NCBI GenBank assembly: GCA_028534125.1
Contig: CM052816.1
Coordinates: 42,658,001 to 42,722,000, forward strand
DNA: 64,000 nt
Direction of reading: 5' to 3'
Source: Lama glama
Lineage: Eukaryota
This document shows, piece after piece, positions 12,379 to 25,480 of the stretch (its first letter is position 1; the number at the start of each line of letters is the position of its first letter). The notes under the pieces were generated by a model. That model was not told where the DNA came from, did not search any database, and worked only from the letters and a program-made list of their open reading frames with translations. A program made the position numbers and the translations under genes.

Positions 12379-14055
12379 CTATAAGGAAAAACAAAATACA
12401 AGGGGAAGTGTTATACAATATGCTTTGACAGTTTGACTAGAAAACTTGGAAAACTGTGCTAATGTCTAAAGAAATAATGATTACCTACTCTACGGCATCT
12501 CTGATCACAGCTTTCATGGAAACTTACCCTCAAGAACTACATCTGCGACCTCTCAGTGAGCAACACTGTGCTACCCAGGACTCACAGCAGTGAAGGAACT
12601 GGTTAAGTGGAAACTCAGCTCTACATCTGAGAAGCTGTGGGGTCCTGAATTCCAGGGGGCCTTTGTTACCTGGGAAACAGACAACTGTAGCCCAACCTCA
12701 TATGAACACCTAGTAAAATATGTTTGCATATACAACCTGCTTGTTTGTTCACTAATGAAGAAAGTATATACACAAAAATTTATTTTGTAATTAAGAAAAA
12801 GTACATATTTTCCCCTACCACACAATGTCCTATTGCTTTACTAGATCAACATTAAAATACCTGAGAGTAATGAACTAATTCATCTCCATCTTAATCTACA
12901 ACCGTATAATCCTAAATATCTTTCCTGTTCACAGCTGGGGCTGCAGGAATCTATCAAAGGTTGTCTGGATCCCTGATCTGGAGCCCCGGAGGCTCCATGA
13001 CTACATCTATCTGTCCTCTCACAACAGCTAACTGGCGGCCTCCAGTAACAGTGCCTCTGTCTGACCTGGGGGTCTCCAGCCTTCCTCTGCTCCCCACTCA
13101 GGAGTTAGTGCTTTGCTTATCCTTTCTCCGATCCTTCAGACATTCCTTTGCGCCAGTTCCAGAAACCAAGGGCCAGCCCCTTTTCCCTTCACCCATTTCC
13201 CCTGCTGAATCTCAGAACCTCAGCCCAGGTCAGAGCTCTGACCCTCTGCTTGGCTAGGGAGGGAATTCAGAAAGCTTTATTCCTAAGAAATAGTTAAGCG
13301 TACAACTTCAGCAATAAGAATAAATGGCACCAACTTTCTAGTCTGGATTAATCTCTTATGGTGGGAACTCAACATGTCTGGTGAGAAAGAAAAAAAAATA
13401 TTATCTTTCCTTCCCAAAAAAGAAGAACATATGCTCCAGGATGACATCCATGAGCAAAACAGACAACCTAAACAGGATCATACAAAACCTGCTCCTACAA
13501 GGTATACTCTCAAATCCTATATACAGTATAGGATTATATTAATACACATCGAAGGAACTCGTGGAGAGGAATGCCACAAAGCAGTCAGAAAGCATCACCG
13601 GAACCTGAGAGCTGGCAGGACTTTACAAATCATCTGGTATATCCCTTATTTTACAGAAAGCCCTGAGAAAACTTCGTCAAAGCCACAGGCAATTCTTGGC
13701 TGACTCACAATTTAAATGTACATTTCCTGATTCCCAATTCATTGTTATCTCTCTGTGTTGTCCTCAATGAAGGAGAGAGACTCTTACCCTAGGAAAACAC
13801 AGGAAGAAAGCACAGAACTCTCCTGTCTTCCCATGCAAAGGAAGGAATTTACTTTAATTTCATGGAATCATATAGTCCCCAGCTTTCCCTCCCGCAAGAA
13901 GAATTTGTTTTATTCTTGGTACTCAAAGGAATGACTGTGTTCAGAATCAGACCCAAGGAAACTTGCAGGTTTAGAAAAAAAGACAACATTTCTGTCTTAA
14001 CCATTCATAAAAAGGTTATGAATCTGTACCTCAGAAATACTATATAGATATATTT

Positions 14056-14063
14056 TATGTATG

Positions 14064-14104
<41 letters not shown>
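14056..14104. repeat. (TATG)n(TA)n microsatellite
   Basis: Direct reading. Confidence 0.95.
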
Positions 14105-14108
<4 letters not shown>

Positions 14109-15342
14109 ATTATGAATCTGTATTAACAGATTTCCTTGTCACCTATGCCTTGAATTAGAAAAAAATGGGAGGGCAGAAGTTTGGAGAGATTACAAATATA
14201 CATTTTCACTGGTCTATGAGCAAGTTAATCTAGAGAACTTTTGAAAAACAGAATGCAAGTTTATGTGTACATTTCTACAAAAGAATTATTTAGCTGAATT
14301 AGATTGTAAAACAGCTACCACCCTGCCATACACCTGTACAACTGGACATCTTCTGTATACCTGTTTCAATGTGTTATTAAAACAAGAAAAGAAAGGTCTT
14401 GCCCCTTAATTCTGTTACTTTTGTTTAAAAAAAAAGAGAGATCATTTTCTCAATTAAAGAATAGTCAGGAATCTTTATAAAAGTTAGTACAATTTTAAAA
14501 TATTAACTTTACTTGTCAATAACTTAGGTTGTAGAATTGACAGTCAACTGTATTAAAAATTAAAGAAATAATCATTTTTAAAAACTTAACCTAAACCTAT
14601 ACTTTGCTAAGCATTGCTCACAACTTACCTTTTTATCTACTGTAGCCAATTTGTTTATCACAGAACCTGAAATAAGAATACACTGGCTAAATTGTATAAT
14701 GTAGTCATCTTAAAAGTTAACAAATTTACTTTCAAGGCCCTTACAGACTCTACACAATCTAAGTTACTAGAGTTTTAAGGTGCACAAGTTTATGACCATA
14801 TACAAAGTCTGTATTTTTATGGTGTTTGAACCTAATGTATAATTTTGAACCTATAGTAGACGAGAAACAAGTCCTTAACTGTCCATTTGGCTACACAGAT
14901 GTCTCAGAACTCTTGAAAAAGGCACACACAGAAACTGCTTTACTCCTGAAAACTGTTTGGACTGACACTGTGAGCAGTGAGAAAGCATCCATCCAACAAC
15001 CTTAACTGTAACTGGACAGATCAACAGCCCTTCATTCTTGACACAGACTGCACATTCCCAGAGCCCCAAGGGAATGTCTCAGAGGATGGAATTCACAAAC
15101 CAACATTTTAAAGACATGACTCACATATACTTTCATTCTTACATGAATTAAAATCAGAGACAGCAAGAAATAACATGTTATATTTTATGTTTAAAATATT
15201 TAAATGGCAAAAATATACTTAAGGAGAACATATGATATTACTGACTTATGACTCAATATTATATTCATCACGGTATATCATAGTGTATCAGTTATAACTC
15301 AGAGAAAGTCAAAGTGAAATAACTTATAATAAACTAATTTAC

Positions 15343-15455
15343 CTTTCCTGGTGTTTTTAAAATGCATTTAACTTTCTCAATTACATTTGAAACATCCCCA
15401 GAATCTTTCACCTTCTTCCTGACATCTTCTTCCAATTCTTCCCACTGGAAGGCAC
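15343..15455 (-). CDS. RHOBTB3: RHOBTB3 exon 7
   Basis: tttacag|GT acceptor; GAFQWEELEEDVRKKVKDSGDVSNVIEKVKCILKTPGK; AAG|gtaaat donor; 113 nt. Confidence 0.96.
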
Positions 15456-16779
15456 CTGTAAACAAAGTAACATATATTGGATTTTTCTGTTAAAGCAGGA
15501 AGTAACAAAAATAAATCTCTTACTAGGTATCAACGTTCCCTCTTTTTTAGTATTTTCTTTCAATTTTTATTTACCAAACATATGCCCATGTAATTACATT
15601 AAAACATTTAAACAGTTCTCAGGTTTTAAAAAAAGTTTGTCCTCATCTAAATTATTTCTCAAAACCTAGAGTCTTCCTGAACAGCTGCCACCTCTTTACA
15701 GCAGGTAGTCAGCTAGCGGTAACAGCAATGGCTAGGATAGGAGTTACCATCACAAGTGTTCCAACACCCAAACTCTTTACTCGCCCTGAGTAAGGGGCAG
15801 ATGTGGTCTTTTCTAAGGTTGGATTAAATTGTACTCATCATGGAGAGCAGTGGCTACACCAGGCAGAGGAAGAGAATGCATTCAGAAGGTCTCATGCACT
15901 GTCGGGGTCAGATTAGGATGTTCCATAGCCAACTCTACAGAACCCACCTGAAGAAGGGAGCTAAATAATTTTCCGATGAACTACACAACCATGGTATTGG
16001 AACAAAATCACCCCATCTGGTCCCACCTTTTGTATTTTGACCCCAAACCACTTTCAAGCTTTCTAGGCTCACTTCAATTCTGTCAGCCCCCCTTTCCTCT
16101 GTGTCTTATGAAACTTCTGTTCCAGGGTCAGCAGAAGTTCCCCTTTTCCCAAACACTCCTGACAGCAGCCTCCTATCCAGCCTCCCTGCTCCCTAGAGGC
16201 CTTTTCCCCATCAAATATATCTCAGCATCAATGCTGATCAGTTTCCAAAAGTGTATTTTGGGAGACTGCCCCCACCCATCCCATGTCTTACAGGAAGTCC
16301 TACCTCCTAAATATATTCCTCAAATAGGTGTAGAGTGGGTGGGCACAGCTGGGAGACTCAGGTTCTAGTTCTCTCTCTGCCACTAATTCCTGCTGTGAAT
16401 TCACCCAAATCACTTCACCTCTCTGGATACCTTGAGATCCTGTTCTTCCTGCTCTCATTCTCTCTCTTCTGATGCTTCCCTTCAGGTACCCAGAACTTTG
16501 CCAGATACCTTCATGGATATTGGGAGTAGGGAGGGCACATAATAAACCTTTACTGAACCAATGAGATCAGGCAATTGCAGCCAGCCTGTACCAATGAGAT
16601 CCAAGCTCATCTGAAGAGTCAGAGGGTCCAGTTGCTCTCAGGCCTCCTGACAGCTGAGCCCTGCAATGCTTGGCACTCCTGCCTATCTTGAAGCTTCACT
16701 TTACCTGCCCTTTGTGTTTCCAGGGTGCATGGGGAGAAGGAGGGGGAAGGAGAGCCCTGACGTGAGGCATTTGCTATTC

Positions 16780-16908
16780 TGTAGGGTAAATACTTCCACC
16801 ATGGCTAAATTCAAGCTACCAATATGACAACACAGAACACAGACCTGGGAAGAGATAAATACCATCGGCTATCACACGCGGGTGCCAGGGGGCCCCCGCA
16901 CACCACTG
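16780..16908 (-). mobile_element. hAT-type non-autonomous DNA transposon (MER63-like)
   Basis: Ends in gcacaccactg; internal ccatggctaaattcaagctaccaa matches the recalled MER63 consensus. Confidence 0.5.
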
Positions 16909-17199
16909 CTCCCCCCACCTTAATCGTTCTTTACTGACTTCACTGTCAGCTCTCCTTCCTCCCTAAATTCCCCAAGGGGTGCAGTCTAGAACACATCTGT
17001 GCTTTTTGTTTTCCTCTTCCTCAACTAATGATTTTTAACTTTAAGTCACGTACTCTTTTCACAGTCTGATAAATTCTTCGGATCACTGCTCCAGAAAATC
17101 TGCCACGCACACACAGACATTAAGGTCTGTACAAAAATATCAGGAGTAGAAGAACCCCTTGGAAGCCAAGGGAACTCAGATCAAGAAAATTCACTCTAG

Positions 17200-17378
17200 G
17201 CCAGCAGCTCTCACATCTAGCTGTGCATTACATTTACCTGGAGATCTTTTATAAAATACCATCAGAAAAGGTCTGATCCCCAGACCAGTAAAACTAGAAT
17301 TTCTGGGGCTGGGGCCTAGACACTAATTTTAAAAGCCTCCCAGCTGATTCTTGTGTGCACTGAATGCTGCAACCGCCA
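17200..17378. mobile_element. MER5A-like hAT MITE
   Basis: catttacctggagatctttt...gaatttctggggctggggcct...ctcccagctgattct. Confidence 0.65.
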
Positions 17379-19749
17379 TTCTTCGTTTAGACATTTCATC
17401 CACTATTCAAACCCAGGGTCAGTGGGATATAGCAAACTGCAGACGTAGGTATTTCTGACTGTCTACACTCATGTAGGCTAAAGGAGAGCACAGATATTGT
17501 TTCTCAGTAAAATTATATTAACAAAGAACATATACACAATATCTCCATTCAGAGAATTATCTGAAAGCATGCAAGCATCAAATCTAAATACATGGGATTA
17601 GTAGCAGGTAAATCCCTACAGGCCACCAATCTATTAGAGAACGGACACAGAAAAGATCCAATAACTGAAAATCAAAGTAAGACTAGTTCATAAGGGCACG
17701 CTAATGATTGGGCTGTTTTCATAATTAGAAATGCTCATCAAATCATCTTTGACACTTTTAGGTCCTAATAAAGCAATAATCCTCAGACTGGAATTTTCTT
17801 TTCTTCTTTTGTGGTAAAAAATTTAACATGCGATCTATCCTCTTAACAAAATTTTAGGTGCACAATACAGTACTGTGAACAACAGGCATGATGCTGTATG
17901 TACAGCAGATCTATAGAACTTATCTGTCTTGCATAACTGACTGGGATTTTCTTTAGTTAACGTCTCAGAGCACTTATTTACTTAGACTCTCATAGCATGG
18001 TCTGCTCGTGCATACTCGGCTGTCTTTTCAAACAGTGCAGAAAAGAGCATGCCACAGACTAACTCGAGCTGGAGAATACTACGCAAACCGAAGACGGAAG
18101 CTCATTTTCACGTATTTATTTACTCTGGCAACATTTCAACCAGTGATGTGAAATTCTAAGGGCTATCTGCAGCAGGAAGAGCTCAAAGCTGAATTCTTGA
18201 GGCTCTTACAAAGATTTCAATTCCCAACCATCTGAGATGGTATGACTCAGGAATGTGCCAGCATAAAGACTGTATGGAGTATTTTAAGAATGTTACAATT
18301 GTACACCATTTAAGGATTACTCCTCAAGATCAGGTCTTACTTCTCCGATTACTCCTTCTTCAGTGTTAGTCACTGAGTATTCACACATTATGCAAGGCTA
18401 GCTGTTATCCAACAGGAAACTAACGTGTGCAAAACAGACACACGTAAGCTGTGTCTGTTTGCTCAGAAATTTGAATAGGAAAATAAACAGAAGCCTTCTG
18501 GATGGGTGTAAAATTTTAACCAGACTATTCAACAGGCCTTGCCTAAATATAGGACCCAAATGTCCATGGTGACTCAACATGTACAAAATTTCAAATTTAT
18601 AAAGGTTAAAAAAAAAACATGTTATTTAAAAAGAATTAAGACATTCTTTGTAATTTGTTCTTTTAGTTTTTTTTTTTTTTTAAAGCAGAAGATAGGATTA
18701 ACATGATTTTTCAGCTCATGTTTGCTCAGGGCAAATATTTCTGAGTGTGCCCTGTCACGGAGTCCTGCCTCTGCATCCCAGCCCAACTGACGGGAGTGCA
18801 AATGGCTCCTGTCTTCCGCCATTTCCTACGTCACCCAGGGTAGGCCTGGGCTTCTGTGAGGAAACCAGGGCATTGTTGGATCTTAAAAAGTGTATTCTGT
18901 TCAAAAGTTGTTAAATGTTCAACAACAACAAGAAACAAACAAACAAAACACACAAGCCTGGCCTCTTTACTGAAGTCTCTAGGTTTAAAGTTTTTGTTTG
19001 CTTTGATAAAAAATTATCATTATTTTAAAAATGTAACCTATTCACAAAGACTAAAGGCTAAAACAAAACATCAGTAAATGTGGAGACACTTGAGAGTGAG
19101 GATCTGGTTGATTTTTTCTTCTCTTAAATTTTTTGCATTTTTCAGAATTGTCTTTACTGTGAAAATACAGCTTTACTATCTTTTTAAACACAACGAACAA
19201 TCACTTTTGCTTGAGTCTGAGGTTATATCCTGTAAATAATTAAAGAATAATTAATAGGCACCTGCTGAAGCATTTCTTTTCCCTTTTCCTCAACCTGCAT
19301 CTGGGTCTCCCTATAGCCCCAGGTCATTGGTCTGTGGCCCTGCTCATAACTGACACCACTTCTTGACTGGGTCACATACAAGGAGAGTTCAGAGCAGAAA
19401 TGTTTAACAGCTCAGCGTCAGACTAAGAAGCCCATGCTCTGAACTGGTCAAGGGCTTGTGGCTCAGCAAGGTCTCCCTGCCATCCTGGCCCTCTGCCCTC
19501 TAAACTAAGGCTCACTTAGCTTCCACCCAACCACTAAGCATCCGCTTTCCCCAACTTCAGGCAGGGGCTGCAGCGGGGCACTGACAGCACTAGCTCCGGG
19601 TAGCCCAGCATCACTCAGCCTTGCAGCTAACTCCATTTTGACCTTGTGCCCTGAGGCTGATAACCAGGTTCCTCTCCTGGGCCTCTGGGCTGAATTCCAG
19701 GCCCTAATCCCCTGGCTGTGGCTGGTCCTAGTTCTTCCAAGGACAGATG

Positions 19750-19910
19750 TTGCAGCTACTTGTGGTCCACAGTATCAGCGTTGCCTGGAGACTGTCGGAA
19801 ATACAGAATCTCATGCCCCACTTCGGGCGTGCTGATGCAGAATCTGCACATGAACAAGATTCCCAACTGACTTGCATGCAGTTTATTTAAGGTTTGAAAA
19901 GCACTGGTCC
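19750..19910. mobile_element. MER5A-like hAT MITE
   Basis: gtggtcc...cagaatctca...cagaatctgcacatgaacaagattccca...aggtttgaaaagcactg. Confidence 0.7.
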
Positions 19911-20927
19911 AGGTGATGGACAAGCTGCAACACCAACCTGACCTGCTGTCAGAATGCTGGCATTCCTGAGGTTGATCTCCAGAATAACAGGGCCGCCTGA
20001 CTGGACTCTGTCTTGCCTGTTCTCTTGCATCTTCCCACCATCATCAGAGATGATCTCTCTAAAGCCCAATCTGATCATGCATAAAATTCCAAAACAGCTT
20101 CTAAGAACAGCAGGAACCCTGCCAGCCTCATCTCCTTCCAGCCATCACCTCCCACTCTGTGCTCTAGCCATGGAAACTACCCATGATTCCCAGAAACCAG
20201 CACTCTCAAAGATGACCTTTTCATTAATGCAAGTTTCCCAATATATTAATTTCTTTCAAGAAGCATTAGAATGAACACATGAAAAACTTATAGTAGGTAA
20301 TGACTCTAGGAAAGGGGACTGAGGAACGAAGAGAACTTTTTCTTTGCTTTTCCCCTTTTTTTCATCTGTTTGTATTAATTTTACAATTTAAAAAAATTAC
20401 TCCTTAGGAGAAAGACAAGCAGGTTCTGTCACTGGAGAGACATCTAGCTATTTTACTGCTACCATATTAAAGAGGAAAGAGCTGACCTCAAAGTGTTCCT
20501 GTACCTCTGAAAGTATTTAATGGATATTGTGGGAAACCTGAATAATTCATAATTTCAACAGCAAACTCATTGAAACGAAAACTGAACACTTCCTTCATGG
20601 TTCTCTGACATATCATTAAAAAAGTTTTTTTCCTTTTAACATGTAAACATTTTGGTTTTTCAAAATTAGTTTTAAATTCTGAACTGAGATTCTAAGTTTA
20701 AACATAAAAATCTGTAATACTAAATGAAGTCTTTAACTTATCTGATTTATTCGTAAGATGATTCACAGCTACTAGAGTCTACTCATTAATTCAACCAACA
20801 CTTGCAGAGAACCCACCATGTTAAAGGCACTGTGCTGGTGTGCTCTGCAGGAGTGGTTATCTATGCCTTTCCAAAGCCAATATTCACTTAACAATGGATT
20901 TAAGAGCTACTATCACATTCTACTCAA

Positions 20928-20953
20928 ATATATATATATATATATATATATAT
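20928..20953. repeat. (AT)n microsatellite
   Basis: Direct reading. Confidence 0.95.
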
Positions 20954-21630
20954 TCCACTTAAATCTGCATGCTGCAAATGTATTTTTCACAATCATTAAT
21001 TTTTATTTTCATTTATAAAACTAAACACAACCCAAATGAGGAAAGTAAAATCTTATCTTTAACATCAATCATTTCACCTGAAGACCACCCAAACCTTACA
21101 AAGATAAGGGCACAGTAAGTAAAAGAAAGAAGTCTAAAATATTCATAGCCAAAATCGATCAGACCTCAGCCTGAACTAATTTTAGACACACTGTTTCTAG
21201 CTGCTAAACTGAGTGTAATGACCATGTTAACTTTGCTCCTCAAGTTCCTCCAAATCTGAGTCAAACAAAAAAATAAGTAGCTAGAGATACTTATTTTCAT
21301 ATGTATACCTGAATTTTAAAGTTAAACTGGACAATAAATTCTTCTATTTTCACATTTGCGGTTAATTTTTTAAAATTAAATACTAACACACCCACTCAAT
21401 AGGAAAAGAGATTATTGCTTTCACATGTAGATTAAAAACCAAGGCAAGTAAACTCGTAAGGAGAGCTTGGACCAATTCCTATTGATAAAGCAAAAACTAT
21501 TTCACATATAATCTTCACCTCAGAGGGTAGGAAGAAGATCAATGTAAAACCAAGCAGTGCACTTGAGGGCCACAGGCATACTTCACTTCAGAAGCTTACG
21601 AAAATGCACCAGAACTATTTGAAAAGATAC

Positions 21631-21996
21631 CTGAATAAATGAAGCGTAGAATGTCCGATAAACAAGAACAGAAGAGGGCGTCTTTAACAATGACTGGTAA
21701 GGGTGGGTTGCCTGGAGATTCCTGGCTAGCACCTGGAAACGCAGCATCTCTGTTGATAGCAAAGAGATCCTGGGTAGTTCGGATGATACTGGAGTCCTGA
21801 ATGTCAGCAGGACTCTTCACATTGAAAAGCAGCATGAATACATGGCTGACTGCACAGAGAACAATCTTGTGGGCCTCGACCACTTCCTTCAAATCTGGGT
21901 TGTAGAATATCACATCCACACACTGGCAGCAGAACAGCAAGTTATTTAAGTCAGAGTTATAATGCGATGCTTCAGCCTTTAAGACAGGCATTTTTT
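21631..21996 (-). CDS. RHOBTB3: RHOBTB3 exon 6, first BTB domain
   Basis: aaacag|AA acceptor; KMPVLKAEASHYNSDLNNLLFCCQCVDV...AHKIVLCAVS...DILRFIYS; CAG|gtatct donor; 366 nt. Confidence 0.97.
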
Positions 21997-22535
21997 CTGT
22001 TTCAAAAAAGAAAATAAAAATAATACACTATTCTTTAGATTTACAGATCCCATCATTTCAGGTTCATTTTAAGCAAAACAAAACACTATTTTAAAATATT
22101 ATTAGGTTGACCCACATGAAGTTGCCAAAACCTGGCCAGTTTTGACCTATAATACAGCAATTTTGTATAGCTTAATCTAATAATAAACACATATACACTA
22201 ATTAACCAGGGATAACACAGACACAAGAAATACTGTGTCTACTTTTCATAGTGCAAATGAAAAATGTATTACTGCCATAAAGAGTAATAAAATAGCATTT
22301 TTCATTAATAGATAGCATTTATTTCTCCCAAAATATTTCTCTAAGTGTAGAATTTCAGTATGTTGGTAATCATCATTCTTCACTTTCAACTGATATCAAA
22401 TCAAAGAAATTACTAAATAAGTTCTGAAGAACTTAACCTCACATCTGAAGCTGTTTTCCCCCTGTGACTAGAACTAGAGGTAGAGGGATAAACTGTTAAA
22501 ACAGCAACCTTTCAAGTCAGGGCTCAGAGTTATGA

Positions 22536-22711
22536 CAGCGTGGACCCTGGGTTATGTTCAGCATGGACCCTGGGTTACGTTCAGTGTGGACCCTGGGTTA
22601 TGCTTAGTGTGGACCCTGGGTTATGCCCAGTGTGGACCCTGGGTTATGTTCAGTGTGGACCCTGAGTTATGCCCGGTGTGGATCCAGACTGGGTTATGTT
22701 CAGTGTGACCC
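22536..22711. repeat. 23-bp minisatellite, about 7.5 copies (consensus cagtgtggaccctgggttatgtt)
   Basis: Units start at 22536, 22559, 22582, 22605, 22628, 22651, 22674 (27-bp variant) and 22701 (partial). Confidence 0.95.
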
Positions 22712-23299
22712 CGCAGGTTCTCCCAGCAGGAGGGTACGAGAGACAGCCTAGTGAACTCCAAGACTGCACGGCTAACAAGGTGCTCCTGAGGGCCCTGCCC
22801 ACTATCTCACCTAGTGCCCCCGGTGAAGACCCACAGGAGAAATTCATTTTAGTGCTAAGTAACATCAGATGCTTTGCTTTCTCTGAGGAACTGGTACTTT
22901 CTCTTCTTGATTAATAAGAACTAAGAAGTGATCTGTCTACATTACTTATTTAGCTCTTCCCCACTCATCTTCTCATCCAGAAAGTACTTCAGACCCCAGT
23001 GTTTGCTACATAACCGACCACGTCTCCCTTTTCACTCTGCACACCACAAAGTTCAAAGCCAATTTTATGGTCTATCTATCTGCATTTTTTTTAAAACCTG
23101 GAATTGACTTCCCATACTAATTTATATTTTCCTGGTTGTTTATGTACATTCATTCATTCAACAAATATTTATCAAGTACCTTTTTAAAACAATATCCATA
23201 GTTAATTGATCTAGACAGAGTACTATTCTATTATTGCTATCATAAAATTATGCAATAAATTCTGATAATGAGTGATGTAATTTTATTTACTTTTAACTT

Positions 23300-23880
23300 T
23301 ATTTTCTTCTACCCTTGTATTATAAACATTATCAAACACTCAAAAAAGTTGACTGATAAATTGAGCACACATATCCTGCCCTTAAATTCTACAATTATTA
23401 TCATTTTGTTACTTTTTCGCTTTAGATAGATTTTCTCACTCTCTCCATGTGTCTCTGTGTCTGTCACTCGCTGCTGTACCATTTAAAAGTAATTTGTAAT
23501 CATCAAGATACTTCAGTTCTAAATACTTTCACATTTACTTCCTGAGGATAAGGACATTCTTCTATTACCCACAATACCATTATACATAAGAAAATCAACA
23601 GAAATTCCAAGACATCATCTAATTTCCAGTCCATATTGAAATTTTACCCAACTGTCCCAAGAACATCTTTTAGATTTTTTTTTTAATTTTTTTTTTTTTT
23701 GGTGGTGGGAAGGTAACTAGGTTCATATATTTATTCTTAGAGGAGGTACTGGGAATTGAGGTCAGGACCTCATGCGTGCTAAGCATGCGCTTCACCTCCT
23801 CCCCAAATTTTAGATGTTTTCATTGAACCAGTATCCAATCAAGGCTCATGCATTACATTTGGTTACTTCTCACTGGACTA
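23300..23880 (-). mobile_element. Old L1 3' fragment (L1MC-like)
   Basis: Motifs recalled from L1MC 3'UTRs (ataaggacattct...acaataccattat...tccaatcaaggctcatgcattacatttgg); approximate bounds. Confidence 0.55.
23676..23807 (-). mobile_element. tRNA-derived SINE (camelid Vic-1-like) nested in an old L1
   Basis: Poly-T then ...gaggaggtactgggaattgaggtcaggacctcatgcgtgctaagcatgc...; flanking ttttagat at 23668-23675 and 23808-23815. Confidence 0.8.
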
Positions 23881-24160
23881 TAATCTAGAACAGCTCTCTA
23901 CCACACACACTATTTTTAACAATCTATAGGCTCAAGTTGTTAGGACAATACTCCTCAAAGTGCGATCCAAGTACCACCACTGCAGAATCATATGGGAAGC
24001 TTATTTAAAAATCAGATTCAGGCTCCATCCCATATTAACTGAATCAGAAGGCCACGTGAGTCCTGAACACACTCAAATTAGAGAACAATTGCTCTAAGAC
24101 TTGTGAAATAATCTACAATAAATACCAACTAAATGTCTAGACATAGGCTAATAAATGCAC

Positions 24161-24272
24161 CTGGTTGTTCAAGCTGAGGTGGTCTAATTCCATGAAACGA
24201 GTTGCTCATTTTCCTTTTCTTCATTTTTTCACTTGTCTTCTGATTTAAGGCTTGAATCATAAAATACTCCAA
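24161..24272 (-). CDS. RHOBTB3: RHOBTB3 exon 5 (basic, proline-containing linker)
   Basis: gttttag|TTG acceptor; LEYFMIQALNQKTSEKMKKRKMSNSFHGIRPPQLEQP; CAG|gtgcat donor; 112 nt. Confidence 0.96.
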
Positions 24273-25289
24273 CTAAAACATGAATCAAATTTTAATTAAA
24301 GCTTCAACAAAATTATGTTTCTGACATGATTACTTGCACCCCCAACCACACTAGCCAAGTGTTTTTAATGTCAGTACCATCTACATGTATGCTTTAGCAA
24401 ATGCTTTATCTAAAAAAAAAAAAATCTATTAAGTAGAACAGATTGTGCCTTGTCTAAACATAGACTGTCATTCAAGAAGAAACTGCATTTTCTCTTGAAT
24501 AATCAAGAAAGCCAAGCAGTACAACCATGTGACTGTCAATAACCATCTCATGGGCAACCACACCAGTAAATACTAGAAAAATTCAGGGCAAAAACAGATC
24601 TGGTTCTGTCACAAATATTCGTATCAGCTAGGGAAGTTCACATGTGCTCTACTTTTTTTCCTGAATAAATTACTTTGAAATACATCCTTCATTTTATAAA
24701 TTACAAATCTTGACCACCTGCACTTACACAGCTCTAGGCGTGTGCTTTCTATCATAAGGCCTGGGGCAAAAGTACAAATGGAGATCCACGTACCATACTC
24801 CTAAATATTTAAATGTTGTAAATCAATCAACTTATATAAAAGGTGCTCTATCCTCCTGCTTTGATAAGTATGTCATCATTAAAGCCTGGAAGGCCAGGTT
24901 CAGATTTAAATTCTCAGACTCCAGAGTTCTGTGCAGCACAGGGAGAGCTGGCCCCTAACTCCAGGGACCCATTACCACCCCCTCCTCTCCTCACCCCTGC
25001 TCCACCCCTCACCTCCTCACCTGAGGTCTGTGCTTACAGGTGGAGATCCACACCTATACAACCAAGCGCCATCCACTCCCGCCTCCCCCAATCCTCATAC
25101 GCAGTCACCCCTTGGCCACCTCTCAGGCCTAGGAGTGAACACACCAGCAGTGTGGTCCACCTTCTGGAGGATGGACCCAGGAAAGAGGCCTGCACAGGTC
25201 TGGGAAACAGACTCCCAGCCAGTGAACTCCTGGGTCAGAGAATTTCAGGGTCCTGGGTTTTGGAGCATGGCCACAGCACTGCTCCATAG

Positions 25290-25480
25290 ACCTCTCTGTT
25301 CTGTGTTGATGGACATGTCCTATAACATCTGTGCTAATCGTCAGAGCAGCAGCCACTAGTTCTGGGTAGCTACTGAGTACCTGAAATGCGGATAGTGCAC
25401 CTGAGGAACTGAATTATTTTGTAATTCACTTAAATATAAATCAGTGTAGCCTATAAATTAGGCCAGTGGCTACCACACAG
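25290..25480. mobile_element. MER3/MER33-like hAT element
   Basis: gcagccactag...gctactgagtacctgaaatg...ctgaggaactgaatt...gtggctacc. Confidence 0.6.

Noticed and set aside
22536..22711. Regularly spaced repeats as a CRISPR-like array
   Set aside because: Units are head-to-tail with no unique spacers, there are no cas genes, and the context is a mammalian intron.
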